Positions 31,678-41,938 of a stretch of DNA of 64,000 nucleotides are shown here, one piece after another. The position numbers were made by a program, and so were the translations under genes. This DNA comes from Myxococcota bacterium (lineage in GTDB: Bacteria > Myxococcota_A > Polyangia > Nannocystales > Nannocystaceae): the NCBI GenBank assembly GCA_039194325.1, contig JBCCWC010000009.1, forward strand, positions 1 through 64,000, written 5' to 3'. The notes beneath the pieces were generated by a model. That model was not told the origin of the DNA. It saw only the letters and a program-made list of their open reading frames with translations, and did not search any database. Within the stretch, counting starts at the first letter, position 1. Every line of letters starts with the position of its first letter.

Positions 31678-31768
31678 AGCCCTGCGCCATTGCGCATGAA
31701 GCTCTGGAGGAGCTCCCTATCCTTTGATGGTCTCGACCAGAGCTCCGCGGCAGCCCTGGAGCCCTTCT

Positions 31769-31904
31769 ATTATCCCAAGTATAGCCAAACCGAACCCCTG
31801 AGATCTCTTATTGTCCCAAATATAGCTAAATAGAAGCCTCAAAGCTTCCCATTGTCCCAAATATAGCCAAACCGAAGCCTTCGGGCCCTTCTATTGTCCC
31901 AAAT
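31769..31904. repeat. AT-rich direct-repeat array, 4 units, 41-42 bp period
   Basis: ATT(G/A)TCCCAA(A/G)TATAGC(C/T)AAA..GAA at 31769, 31810 and 31851, plus a truncated copy at 31893. Confidence 0.9.
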
Positions 31905-32168
31905 GAAGCTCTCGTACCGCTCCGAGCTCTGCACGTCTGCCTCACTCGAGGTTCTGTGAGGCCCTCGACCTCCTCGTTCTCGTTCGATGAGCTCCCGCGG
32001 AGGTCCTACGCACCTCCCCATGCGAGCCCGAGCCTTCGTTTCGCATCGGAACGAACGCCCACCCCGTACACCGACCCCGGCGGTTTGGGCCAGGGCACTG
32101 CATCGACGGCGAGCCGGCGGCGGCGGTTTGACCCGGGCACTGCCCAACGGTGAGCCGCCGGCGGCCGC

Positions 32169-33314
32169 TCAGGCCCGGGCTCGAGCCCGACGGCCGCCCA
32201 CCGGGTTCTTCGACTTGGCCTTGGGTTCGGGCTTGGGCACCGAGTTGGGTACCTTGGCCTGAGCATCCTCGGCCCCTTCGTTGGCCGCGGGGCTACCCAG
32301 CCCATGTTTTTGGAGGATCTCGGCCTCGATCCGCGCCGCGATCTCGGGGTGCTCCCGCAAGAACGCCTTGGCGTTCTCCCGGCCCTGCCCGACACGCTCG
32401 CCCCGATACGACAGCCAGGCGCCCGCCTTGTCGACCACCTTTTGATCGACCCCCATGTCCAGCAGCATCCCTTCACGGCTGACCCCCTCGCCGTAGGTGA
32501 TGTCGAACTCCACCTCGCGGAAGGGCGGCGCCAGCTTGTTCTTGACCACCTTGACTCGGGTGCGGTTGCCCACGACCGCATCGGTGGTCTTGATCGCCCC
32601 GATCCGCCGGATGTCGAGTCGCATGGACGCGTAGAACTTGAGCGCGTTGCCTCCGGTGGTGGTCTCCGGGCTACCGAACATCACCCCGATCTTCATGCGC
32701 AGCTGGTTGATGAAGATCACGATCGTACGGCTGCGAGAGATCGACCCGGTGAGCTTGCGCAGGGCCTGGCTCATCAGTCGCGCCTGCAGGCCCACGTGGG
32801 AGTCACCCATCTCGCCCTCGAGCTCGGCCTTGGGGGTCAACGCGGCGACCGAGTCGACCACCACGATGTCGACGGCCCCCGATCGCACCAGCATGTCGCA
32901 GATCTCCAGGGCCTGCTCGCCAAAGTCCGGCTGGGAGACCAGCAGATCATCGGTGCGCACGCCGATCTTACGCGCGTAGCTGACGTCGAGGGCGTGCTCG
33001 GCATCGATGAACGCACACACGCCCCCGAGCTTTTGGGCCTCGGCCACCGCGTGCAGGGCCAGCGTGGTCTTGCCCGAGGATTCCGGGCCATAGATCTCTA
33101 CGATCCTCCCCCGGGGCAAGCCGCCGACCCCCAAGGCGATGTCCAGGCCCAGGCAGCCGGTGGGGATCGTCTTGACCTCGCCCAGCGGCAACTTGCCCGA
33201 GGAGTCCAGACGCATGATGGATCCCTTGCCGAACTGCTTCTCGATGGTGGCGAGCGCCAGATCGATGGCAGCGTCGCGCTGTGCCTGAGGGTCTTTTTCT
33301 TTCGATGCAGCCAT
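32169..33314 (-). CDS. recA: Recombinase RecA
   Basis: [33 protein letters not shown] and [10 protein letters not shown] motifs. Confidence 0.99.
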   Translation of the reverse strand: MAASKEKDPQAQRDAAIDLALATIEKQFGKGSIMRLDSSGKLPLGEVKTIPTGCLGLDIALGVGGLPRGRIVEIYGPESSGKTTLALHAVAEAQKLGGVCAFIDAEHALDVSYARKIGVRTDDLLVSQPDFGEQALEICDMLVRSGAVDIVVVDSVAALTPKAELEGEMGDSHVGLQARLMSQALRKLTGSISRSRTIVIFINQLRMKIGVMFGSPETTTGGNALKFYASMRLDIRRIGAIKTTDAVVGNRTRVKVVKNKLAPPFREVEFDITYGEGVSREGMLLDMGVDQKVVDKAGAWLSYRGERVGQGRENAKAFLREHPEIAARIEAEILQKHGLGSPAANEGAEDAQAKVPNSVPKPEPKAKSKNPVGGRRARARA

Positions 33315-33405
33315 GACGATCGTGCTTTCGGGTCGAGTCGACCGGGCTCGGCCGAGAAAGGCCGAGGGCAGGAGGTTGATGGGAACAAAGGGGGCAAATG
33401 CGACG

Positions 33406-34746
33406 CTAGACGTCGCGGTCGGTGATGGAGGCCGCCCCGCGAACGACCAGTCGATCCCACAGGAGCTTGAGCGCCCACTGACACGAAGCGCGCTGGATCA
33501 CGGCCCGGTTGCCTCGTAGCTGGAGCCTCTTGTGAATGGTCTCGAAGCCGTCGACGATGGCGACGTGCACGGTACCCACGGGTTTTTCGGCCGTGCCCCC
33601 ACCGGGACCGGCGAGGCCGGTGATCCCAACGGCGAGATCGGATCCCAGGCGATCTCGGGCCCCGCGAGCCATGGCCCGGGCGACGGGCTCGGAGACCGCC
33701 CCGTACGTGACCAGCAGCTCGGAGGGCACGCCCAGAAGCTGAGCCTTGATCTGATTATCGTAGGAGATGATCCCCCCGCGGAAGGCCGCGGATGACCCGG
33801 GCACGCTGGTGATCATGGCGCCCAGCCCCCCGCCGGTGCACGATTCGGCGGTGGCCAGGCGAACGCCAGACACGAGGCACGACGCGACCACCCGCTCGAC
33901 CAGTCCACTCTCGCCGATCCCGTAGATCCCAGGGGAGAGGGCATCGACCAGCTCCTGGTCGAGGGAAGCGAGCTCTTCGGGGGTGGCATACACCCCGCCC
34001 CGCCCTCGGCCGGCCTCGAGGATCACCGAAACCTGGGGCATCGAGGCCCGATAGTGCACGATCATGGCGGCCAAGCCCGGCGAGCGCTCTCGCGCCGCCT
34101 CGATAATGGGCGCGATGCGGGTGGCCACCGAAGACTCACCGTGACCAAGGATCCGGTAGATCCGACGGGGCACCGGGTGGAGATCGAACCGCTTGCGCAG
34201 CCGCGGCACGACCTGTTCGTCGAGCATCTTGTCGAGCTCGCGGGGCACCCCGGGCATCGCGAAGACCTGGCACCTGCGGGCCCCCGGTAGCTCACAACAA
34301 AGGCCTTCGGCGGTGCCGACCGGGTTGGCGAGGATGTCCGCCCCCTCGGGGAAATCGGCCTGCTTGAGGTTGTTGTCGGTCATGGGGCGCCCGAACGCCG
34401 CGAATTTCTCCTCGAGCCGCCGCTGCGCTCCTGGGTCACGCCGGATCTGCTTTCGGGCCGCGTCGGCGACCGCGGCCGCGGTGAGGTCGTCGGTGGTGGG
34501 CCCCAGCCCTCCCGAGACAAGGCACACATCGGCCTGCGCCGCCGCCTTTCGCAGCACGCCGGCAATCTCGTGCAGACGATCGCGCACCGTCAGGGCCCGA
34601 CGGACGTCCAGGCCCAGGGAGCGAGCGCGTGCCGCCATGCGGGCCTTGTTGCTGTCGACGATGTCGCCCGCGAGCAGCTCGTCGCCCACGGTGACGATGT
34701 GGACCACGGGAACCGTAGTCGACGCGTTCTTGTCGATTTCGTTCAC
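33406..34746 (-). CDS. cinA: CinA competence/damage-inducible protein (MoCF-like + PncC NMN deamidase)
   Basis: [42 protein letters not shown] and [11 protein letters not shown] motifs; directly upstream of recA. Confidence 0.95.
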   Translation of the reverse strand: MNEIDKNASTTVPVVHIVTVGDELLAGDIVDSNKARMAARARSLGLDVRRALTVRDRLHEIAGVLRKAAAQADVCLVSGGLGPTTDDLTAAAVADAARKQIRRDPGAQRRLEEKFAAFGRPMTDNNLKQADFPEGADILANPVGTAEGLCCELPGARRCQVFAMPGVPRELDKMLDEQVVPRLRKRFDLHPVPRRIYRILGHGESSVATRIAPIIEAARERSPGLAAMIVHYRASMPQVSVILEAGRGRGGVYATPEELASLDQELVDALSPGIYGIGESGLVERVVASCLVSGVRLATAESCTGGGLGAMITSVPGSSAAFRGGIISYDNQIKAQLLGVPSELLVTYGAVSEPVARAMARGARDRLGSDLAVGITGLAGPGGGTAEKPVGTVHVAIVDGFETIHKRLQLRGNRAVIQRASCQWALKLLWDRLVVRGAASITDRDV

Positions 34747-34776
34747 GGGGGTGAGCGGACCAACCGTGGTGCATTA

Positions 34777-34792
34777 CTGAGCAAATGTCAAG
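34777..34792 (-). promoter_or_regulatory. Candidate LexA (SOS) box overlapping a TTGACA -35 hexamer upstream of cinA-recA
   Basis: Minus strand CTTGACATTTGCTCAG matches 13/16 of the Myxococcus LexA consensus CTRHAMRYBYGTTCAG (consensus recalled from memory). Confidence 0.4.
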
Positions 34793-34869
34793 TTCGCGCA
34801 TCGTGCCTCTACACCCGTTTTCCGGGCGGTCTGCGGGCGACCTTGGACGGGCCAAGCGCGTCGGATACG

Positions 34870-35643
34870 ATGATTCCCGACGTGCGAATCCGGTACGCGG
34901 CCAAGACCGACGTCGGCATGAAGAGGACTCACAACGAGGACTACTTCGCGCTGATCGAGGACGAGCAGCTCTTCCTGGTCGCGGATGGGATGGGCGGCCA
35001 CGCTTCGGGCGAGGTCGCGTCCAAGCTGGCGGCCGACGTGATCGGCGAGTTCTATCGCCACAGCAAGGATCAGGACGCGACCTGGCCTTACCGCTACGAC
35101 CACTCCTTGTCGTACGTGGAGAACCGGATGGTGGCCTCCATTCGGCTGGCCAACAAACGGATCCACGAGTCGGCCGCCAAGAACCCGCAGCTGCGGGGCA
35201 TGGGCACGACCATCGTCACCTTCATCGTCAAGGGCGACCAGGGCTTCGTGGCGCACGTGGGCGACTCGCGGTGCTACCGGGTACGTAACGGCAGCATCAA
35301 GCCGATGACCCGCGATCACTCGCTGCTCGAGGACTACAAGGAAGCGCGCCCCGACATGACGGAGGAAGAGGAGCGCAACTTCCCCCACAAGAACGTGATC
35401 ACGCGAGCCCTGGGCATGCGAGACCACGTGATGGTCGACATCACCAAGGTCGACCTGCAAAACGGAGATCGCTACGTGCTGTGCTCCGACGGGCTGTGCG
35501 GCATGCTCAGCGACGAGGAGATCCACGACATCATCCGCAAGAGCGCCGACCTCGAAGACGCCGTCTCCACGCTGATCGACCGCGCCAACGAGGCGGGCGG
35601 CACCGACAACATCACGGCGATGGTCGTCGAGTGCAATTTCTGA
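34870..35643 (+). CDS. PP2C-family Ser/Thr phosphatase (Stp1/Pph1-like)
   Basis: [38 protein letters not shown] and GGTDNIT motifs. Confidence 0.96.
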   Translation: MIPDVRIRYAAKTDVGMKRTHNEDYFALIEDEQLFLVADGMGGHASGEVASKLAADVIGEFYRHSKDQDATWPYRYDHSLSYVENRMVASIRLANKRIHESAAKNPQLRGMGTTIVTFIVKGDQGFVAHVGDSRCYRVRNGSIKPMTRDHSLLEDYKEARPDMTEEEERNFPHKNVITRALGMRDHVMVDITKVDLQNGDRYVLCSDGLCGMLSDEEIHDIIRKSADLEDAVSTLIDRANEAGGTDNITAMVVECNF

Positions 35644-35648
35644 GCTCC

Positions 35649-35704
35649 CGACCCAGCCCGCCCGACCCAGCCCGCACGACCCAGCCCGCACGACCCGGCC
35701 CGCC
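35649..35704. repeat. 14-bp tandem repeat CGACCC(A/G)GCCCGC(A/C) x4 just after the PP2C stop
   Basis: Seen in sequence. Confidence 0.9.
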
Positions 35705-35730
35705 GAGCATCTCCCAGAGGCCGTGACCTC

Positions 35731-36648
35731 TCAGGCTTCCGGATCGCTCCACCCGTAGGGAAGGAAGCCGTCGCTGAGCAGCTCGTCACGGGTCGCCTCG
35801 GGGTTCTCCTCCGCGAGCTCCCACTCGTCGTGGATGTTGACCAGATCCGAAGGACCGACCACCTCCCCCGAAAGCGGCGGCACATCGATGCGCTCCCACG
35901 CCACGCTCACCTCGTAGGTGACGCGGCCGTGGAAGAGCCGGGAGGTGAGCGAGTCGTCGTCATCCTCCTCGCCGCGAAACTGGTGCCCCTGCACTTTGCG
36001 GTGCTCGTCGAAGGTGATCTCGGGGTAGCCCTCGGTCCGGATGGTCAGGTAGGGGTGGAGATCGATCGACCGGGTTTGGTCGCCATGCTGGTACACGTCG
36101 AGATCCAGCGCCGCTCCGTACCAGCACAGCAAGTAGATGTTGGTCGAATCCAAGAGCTCGGCGTCCAGATCGCGCCGGATCTCGGCCAGCTCCCGGCGAA
36201 CGTAGTGGGTATCCTTGTGGGCTCCCCCGCCACCTACGCCGAACTCCAGATGGTAGAAGCTCGTCCTCATGCCGAGGGGTCGGGCCGAGCCCCCCACCAA
36301 GCCCCCCTCAGCGCCCTCGGGCCGCGCCGACTCCGGCGGAGCCGAACTCGACGCGAACGAGCTCGACCCCGAGCCCATCGACTCCTCGCCGAGGATCCGC
36401 GCCACGAGCCGGGCCTTTTGCCTACCGGTGTCGTCGAGCCCGTGTGCACGGCAGATCGCCTTGAGCTCGTCGCGGCCCGAACGCCCGAGGATCTCCTGCA
36501 CCTTCGCTTGGCGAGCTCGTACCAGGGCATCGACGAGCGCCTGCTTGCGCGCTCGTCCGACACCACCGATCTCGAAGTCGCGACACAGCTGGCGTAGGCG
36601 TCCAACGGTCAACCCTTGCAGGATCGAGCGCTTGCTCGGCTTGGGCAT
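35731..36648 (-). CDS. Hypothetical protein: basic SAP-like helical N-terminus + acidic unknown domain
   Basis: Two helix-loop-helix units (LTVGRLRQLCRDFEI...KQALVDAL; RDELKAICRAHGLDDTGRQKARLVARIL), a Ser/Pro linker, then an acidic domain. Confidence 0.65.
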   Translation of the reverse strand: MPKPSKRSILQGLTVGRLRQLCRDFEIGGVGRARKQALVDALVRARQAKVQEILGRSGRDELKAICRAHGLDDTGRQKARLVARILGEESMGSGSSSFASSSAPPESARPEGAEGGLVGGSARPLGMRTSFYHLEFGVGGGGAHKDTHYVRRELAEIRRDLDAELLDSTNIYLLCWYGAALDLDVYQHGDQTRSIDLHPYLTIRTEGYPEITFDEHRKVQGHQFRGEEDDDDSLTSRLFHGRVTYEVSVAWERIDVPPLSGEVVGPSDLVNIHDEWELAEENPEATRDELLSDGFLPYGWSDPEA

Positions 36649-36912
36649 GGAGGTCCGACCCGATGGTACCGCGCCCGGCTCGGCGATCGCTGACTTCGAC
36701 CCTATGCGCGGTCCGGCCCGTGGGCATGTCGTGCGCCATCCCGTGCGCTCCTCGTGCACCACTCCGTGGCGGGGCCGCACTGCGGGCGGGGGCGCTCGTC
36801 TCGTGCTCTGGCGCACCCCCGGGGTGCGCATACGAACGGCGGAGTACCGGATTCGCCCGTGAGCCCACCGAGCGAGCCACGCTCCCCCACGGATCCCGAG
36901 GCGTTCTTCGGT

Positions 36913-36928
36913 TGGCACGAGAGTTGAT
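36913..36928 (+). promoter_or_regulatory. Sigma54 (-24/-12) promoter candidate
   Basis: TGGCACG-AGAG-TTGAT versus consensus TGGCACG-N4-TTGCW: exact spacing, one mismatch, 68 bp before ATG 36996. Confidence 0.6.
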
Positions 36929-36995
36929 ACAGAAGCGCCCAAGCGAAGCGGGTGTCCCTCCCGCTTCGGCCTTACTGCAACCTGTAGGAACAATC

Positions 36996-37265
36996 ATGCT
37001 CAAGATCGCATCCATCGCTCTGGCCACCCTATTCTCGACCGGCCTGTCGCTGAACGTCGAGGAGATCCAACCGAGTGATCCAACCCAAGAGGACCTGACC
37101 TCGGAAGATCCGAGCGAGCCCGTGCCCGCCTCGCTCAACTCGTGCATCCAGGAGTGCTACGACGACTGGGACGACTGCGAGGCGAGCTGTACGACCCCGA
37201 TGTGCTACTTCCAGTGCGAGCTCGCCGCGCAGGAGTGCTACAACAACTGCTACATCTCGAACTAG
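36996..37265 (+). CDS. Small secreted Cys-rich peptide (89 aa, 8 Cys)
   Basis: AGGA RBS; signal-like MLKIASIALATLFSTG; acidic pro-region; CX3CX6CX3CX4CX3CX6CX3C core. Confidence 0.8.
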   Translation: MLKIASIALATLFSTGLSLNVEEIQPSDPTQEDLTSEDPSEPVPASLNSCIQECYDDWDDCEASCTTPMCYFQCELAAQECYNNCYISN

Positions 37266-37436
37266 TCGGACCCACGGTATCCGCATCGTCCTAGCGCGCT
37301 CGCGCGGGGGCACCGGGGTGAGCGAGTTGGCTCCCAAGAAACTCCGGTTTTCTTCCCTGCTGGGTGCCGCTTGGGCGAGCCCAAGGCCGGGCGCGACAGC
37401 CGTCACGCATTTCGAGCCGGCCTCGGCATGGATGCC

Positions 37437-39383
37437 TCAGTCCTCGGCGTCGGTGGCCTCGGTGCCATCCGACTCCCCCGACGCCGAGAGTCCCAGGTGC
37501 CGCATGCGACGGTGCAGGGCATAGCGGGAGATCCCGAGCAACGCCGCCGCGCGAACCTGCTTGCCCTCGGCGCGCGCGAGCGCCTCCTGGATCGCGCGAC
37601 GCTCGAGCACCGCAAGTTCGAGCGTTCCCTCGGGCTCGGGCTCGGGCTCGGGCCCGAGACCGCCGGGCCCGGGCGCACCCGATTCAGACGGACCCTGCTC
37701 CGCTGTGCCGGGTGCCAGCCGGTCGACTCGCTCCTCTGCCTCGTCATCCACCGTAGGTACGCTCTGCACCAGCGCCCGATCGATCGACTGACCGCGTGGG
37801 CACAGAAACACGAGCTGCCGGACCAGGTGGTCGAGCTCGCGCACGTTGCCGGGCCATGAGCGCTCACACAGCAGATGCAACGCCGGGATGGTGATCCCCC
37901 GCACGAACGCTCCCGAATCTCGGCACGCCTGCCGAACGAAGTGCTCGACCAGCGCCGGGATGTCCTCGCGACGCTCGCGAAGCGGCGGCAAGGTCAGCAC
38001 CGCCCCCGCGAGGCGGTAGTAAAGATCGCGGCGAAAACCACCGTCGCGGATCCGCCGACCCAGCGCGCGGTTGGTCGCCGACACCAGCCATACGTCGACC
38101 GGCTGATCCTCGCCCCCGACCGGCCGCACGGTGCCCCCTTCGAGCGCCCGCAAGAGCTTGGCCTGGAGCCCAGGAGGCATGTCCCCGATCTCGTCGAGAA
38201 ACAGGGTGCCTCCGCTGGCCCGCTGGAACTGACCTCGCCGTGGCTTGACCCCGGTCGCCGCCCCCGTGGCCACGCCGAACAGCTCGGCCTCCAGCATCTC
38301 GGTCGGGATCGCGGCGCAGTTGACCGCGACCAACGGCGCCCCACGACGCGGTGACGCGTGATGCAGCAGCCGAGCCACGGTGTCCTTGCCCGTACCGGTC
38401 TCGCCAAGCACGAGCACCGGCAGCTCACTAGGCGCCAACCGCCGCACTCGATCGTACAGCGCCGTCATCACGGTGGAGCGGCCCGGTACGTAGCCGGCAG
38501 GGAAACCAGGCTCGGCTGGCTCGACGGGACTCAACGCGGGGCCCAAAGCCCGCAGACCGTGGAGCCGCACCAACATCCGAACGAGGGCCTGGCGAAGCGC
38601 TCCCGCCCCTCGCCCTCCCCACAAGACCACCGCTCGCGAGGGTACGCCTCGATCCACCGCGATCGTCACCCCTACGTCGGTCTCCGAGCGTCCCACCCAC
38701 AGTCCGGTTCCATCCGACTCTACCGCGGCGAGTACCTCTTGCCATGCCGGGTCACGCCATAGTCGATCGATCTCACCAGCTGCGGCTCGCACCACGGGCA
38801 CCCCGTCGCCCTCCGGGCCGAACTCGATCACCGCGGCCGCCTTCGCGGCGACGACCTCGACGACCGGAATCAGGGAGCAGCCTCGGCCCGTATGGAGCCG
38901 CTCTATCACGCGATCGAACGCCGCGAGACCACCCAGCTCCGCTGATCCGAACGACGACCCGAGCGACGACCCGAGCGACGACCCGAGCGCTTGCCCGAGC
39001 GACGGCCGCCATCCCGCAGTGTCGTCCACCTCTGCCGCCAACGCCCCCACGCTGCTCCCCGGCGTGCTCAGCCGGATCGCGAGCTCGCCGTCGTCCGGTG
39101 CGATCGCCTCGACTCGGAGGGCCACCGACCCGAAGCGAAGCTCGTCACCGACAGCCACCGAGGCACTCCGTACCGGCTGATCATTGAGATACGTGCCGTT
39201 CTTGCTGGCCAGATCCTCCACGGTCATCCGCCCCGGCTCCACGACGAGCAGCGCATGATGGCGGGAGACCGACGAGCCGACCAACACGACGGTGTTCGAG
39301 CGCGCCGTGCCGACCCGGTTGACCCCCTGATGCAGCCGATAGCGCACGCCTGTGCCGGCCTGGTACAGCGCCAGGCCGCTCAT
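37437..39383 (-). CDS. FHA-domain sigma54-dependent enhancer-binding protein (FHA-AAA+-Fis HTH)
   Basis: FHA VSRHHA...SKNGT; GETGTGK, VNCAAIP, ELFG, GAATGV, LFLDEIG, WPGNVREL; C-terminal AAALLGISR. Confidence 0.93.
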   Translation of the reverse strand: MSGLALYQAGTGVRYRLHQGVNRVGTARSNTVVLVGSSVSRHHALLVVEPGRMTVEDLASKNGTYLNDQPVRSASVAVGDELRFGSVALRVEAIAPDDGELAIRLSTPGSSVGALAAEVDDTAGWRPSLGQALGSSLGSSLGSSFGSAELGGLAAFDRVIERLHTGRGCSLIPVVEVVAAKAAAVIEFGPEGDGVPVVRAAAGEIDRLWRDPAWQEVLAAVESDGTGLWVGRSETDVGVTIAVDRGVPSRAVVLWGGRGAGALRQALVRMLVRLHGLRALGPALSPVEPAEPGFPAGYVPGRSTVMTALYDRVRRLAPSELPVLVLGETGTGKDTVARLLHHASPRRGAPLVAVNCAAIPTEMLEAELFGVATGAATGVKPRRGQFQRASGGTLFLDEIGDMPPGLQAKLLRALEGGTVRPVGGEDQPVDVWLVSATNRALGRRIRDGGFRRDLYYRLAGAVLTLPPLRERREDIPALVEHFVRQACRDSGAFVRGITIPALHLLCERSWPGNVRELDHLVRQLVFLCPRGQSIDRALVQSVPTVDDEAEERVDRLAPGTAEQGPSESGAPGPGGLGPEPEPEPEGTLELAVLERRAIQEALARAEGKQVRAAALLGISRYALHRRMRHLGLSASGESDGTEATDAED

Positions 39384-41530
39384 GGTGGCGCCTCAGAGCG
39401 CCCGCGAGGCGAAGACGTCCGTGCGATCGCCTCGAACAAGAGCCCCTCGATCGGGTGCCCCTGACCCAGGGTAGTGACAACGATGACGCGCGCCTGCTCG
39501 TACTCGACGCGCGCCTGCTCGGGCTGCCCCGTCTGCTCGAGGACCTGGCCGATCCGATAGCGAGCCTTGGCGACGAGCGGATAGCGCTCCCCGTAAGCCT
39601 GCTGGTACCGATCGATCGCGCGCCGGTAGTGCGTCACCGCCGACGCGGGATCGCCCCGATGCTGGAACAAGATCCCGGTATTGTGCTCGAGCGTTGCCGC
39701 GAGCGCCGGCACACCACCCAGCCGCTCGAGGGTGGCTCGGGCCATCGCGGCCCACTCGAGCCCACGCTCGTACTTGCGGCGCACCGTCTCGACCTCGACC
39801 AGGGCGGACCACACCCGCGCCAGCAGATAGTCGTCTCGACCGCTCTGCGCGACGACGGCCGCCTCGAACAGCGACGTGCGGGCCTGGTCGTGACGACCCA
39901 GCATGCGCTGCCCCTCACCCAAGCCGAGCAGCGCCTCGGCGGTCAACGGCGCATAGGCCAGCGCACGAGCGCGAGCCACCGCCGGCTCGAATACCGATAC
40001 CGCCTCGTCGAACCGGCCCGCAGTCAGCAGGTTGCGGCCCTGCACCAGGACGATCCGCTCGCGTTCCACAGACTCACGGGCCTGCGGTGGCGGAGGGACC
40101 ACCGCACGCAGCCCCGCCGCATCTGCACACTCAGCCAGATCCGGCAAAAAGTAGGTGATCATCGCGGCGCGCTCCAGACCGACCTTGCCAGGGATCGCCA
40201 GCAGCTCGGTGGTCGCGGCCACCCGCTGCAAGCGGCGGTCGAGGCACGAGAGGCGCAGATCCATCAGCGCCTCCGACTGCTCGCTGCGCACGCGGGTCGC
40301 CGCGCAGGCATCCTGGTAGGCGTCGCGCCAGGTCGCCACGTAGTCGTCGATCCGCCGCTTCACCTGCCACCAGGTGGCAATGGCGTGTGGGGTGCCGGCC
40401 ACGGTCAAGGCGGCGAAGATCTGCTCCTTGCGCGACTCGTCCCAAACCTCGGCGACCTTGTCGCCCCCTCCACTACAGATCTCGGGCGCGGCCACGATCG
40501 ATCGCACCTGGACCTTCACCACCGATGGTGTCGAGCCGAGCGCGAGCCAGGCCCCGCCAACGACGACCGCCGCCCCCACGCCGGCCGATCCCCACCGGCG
40601 CCACCGCGGCCTGGCGCGAGCCTCGAGCACGGAGACCAGCGCGTCCATCGACGGGTACCGACGCGCCGGGTCGGCGCTCATCCCCCGCAGCAACACCCGC
40701 CGGATCCGATCGGGGAGCCTGCGGGCGGCTGCGGTCAGGGTCACCTGGCCCGCCTCGATCCGCGCCAGCACGGCGCCTCGGTCGTCGGCGCCGAACGGCA
40801 TCCCACCGCAGAGCCCGCGATACACGGAGGCGCAAAAGCTGAACTGATCCACGGCCACTCCGATCGCCTCGCCGCGCAGCTGCTCGGGGGCCATGAACCC
40901 GAGCGTCCCCGCGAGCCGTCGCGGGCTCGCCCCGTCGTCACCCACGCCGCAAGCCCGCTCCGCCTCCGCCTGCGACGGGCCCGGCTTCGAAACGAGGCCG
41001 AAATCGATCACCCGCACCCGCCCCTGCGGACCCACGATCGCATTGCTGGGCTTGAAATCCCCGTGGATCAGGCCGTTGCGGTGCGCCGCGGCGATCCCCC
41101 GCCCTGCCTGAACGAACAGCGACAACACCTGCGGCCAGCGACGCTTTCGCTGTGCGAGCCACTCGCGCAGATCGACGCCCTCGACCATCTCCATGGCCAT
41201 GAACACCTGGCCGTCGACAACCCCGACGTCGTGGATCGCGACCACGTTGGGATGCGACAGGCGGGCCAGCGCACGGGCCTCGCTGACCAGCCCTTCCCGG
41301 TACGCTTCACCGCGACGGTCCGGGCGCAACACCTTCACGGCCACCTGACGATCGAGGGCCGGATCGTAGGCCGCGTAGACAACCCCGAAGCCGCCGCTCC
41401 CCAGGCAACGCAGCACGGTGTAGCGATCGAGGCTGGCGCCACGCTCGATCCAAGGCGCGTCACCGTCACTCGCGCTCGGCTCGGCACAGCGTCCGCTCCA
41501 TGTCTGGGTCGCGCTAGCGAGCTGGGCCAC
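39380..41530 (-). CDS. Membrane Ser/Thr kinase (non-RD, HGD) with TPR repeats
   Basis: GSGGFGVVY, VAVK, HGDFKPSN, IDFG and MAPEQ motifs; TM segment; TPRs; ATGA coupling to the bEBP. Confidence 0.92.
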   Translation of the reverse strand: MAQLASATQTWSGRCAEPSASDGDAPWIERGASLDRYTVLRCLGSGGFGVVYAAYDPALDRQVAVKVLRPDRRGEAYREGLVSEARALARLSHPNVVAIHDVGVVDGQVFMAMEMVEGVDLREWLAQRKRRWPQVLSLFVQAGRGIAAAHRNGLIHGDFKPSNAIVGPQGRVRVIDFGLVSKPGPSQAEAERACGVGDDGASPRRLAGTLGFMAPEQLRGEAIGVAVDQFSFCASVYRGLCGGMPFGADDRGAVLARIEAGQVTLTAAARRLPDRIRRVLLRGMSADPARRYPSMDALVSVLEARARPRWRRWGSAGVGAAVVVGGAWLALGSTPSVVKVQVRSIVAAPEICSGGGDKVAEVWDESRKEQIFAALTVAGTPHAIATWWQVKRRIDDYVATWRDAYQDACAATRVRSEQSEALMDLRLSCLDRRLQRVAATTELLAIPGKVGLERAAMITYFLPDLAECADAAGLRAVVPPPPQARESVERERIVLVQGRNLLTAGRFDEAVSVFEPAVARARALAYAPLTAEALLGLGEGQRMLGRHDQARTSLFEAAVVAQSGRDDYLLARVWSALVEVETVRRKYERGLEWAAMARATLERLGGVPALAATLEHNTGILFQHRGDPASAVTHYRRAIDRYQQAYGERYPLVAKARYRIGQVLEQTGQPEQARVEYEQARVIVVTTLGQGHPIEGLLFEAIARTSSPRGRSEAPP

Positions 41531-41938
41531 GATTCACTCGTCAATCTCGCTCGTCGACTCGGTCGACCACCGGATACCGAGCCGACCCGCTCGATCACCG
41601 TGGATGATCCACCGAGTGACCCATAGCATCGATCCGATCCGACCGGAAGCCGAGTGTGACCCACGGCCACTTCGTCCCGCGTCGATGCCCGCGGGTGCAC
41701 CCGACCCGAGCGTTCGTGCGCGCGGCCTGTCGACGACGCGTCCCCCGTATCGACGAAGACGTCGATGAAACCGCCGGCCACCCCGCGCGTGTCGAAATCG
41801 TGGATCCGACCGCTGTCCATCTTCGTGTCGGCTCGCGCTCGTCACCGCGCGAGGCTTCGCCATGCGATGCCTCGCGTTTGCCTGGTATGGTCTCGGGGTG
41901 CGCCCCCTGACACTTGGCCCCTCGGCGACCGGCGGCGT

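Noticed and set aside
31769..31904. CRISPR array
   Set aside because: Variable parts are only about 12 bp and resemble each other; the repeats are not identical; no cas genes in the window.
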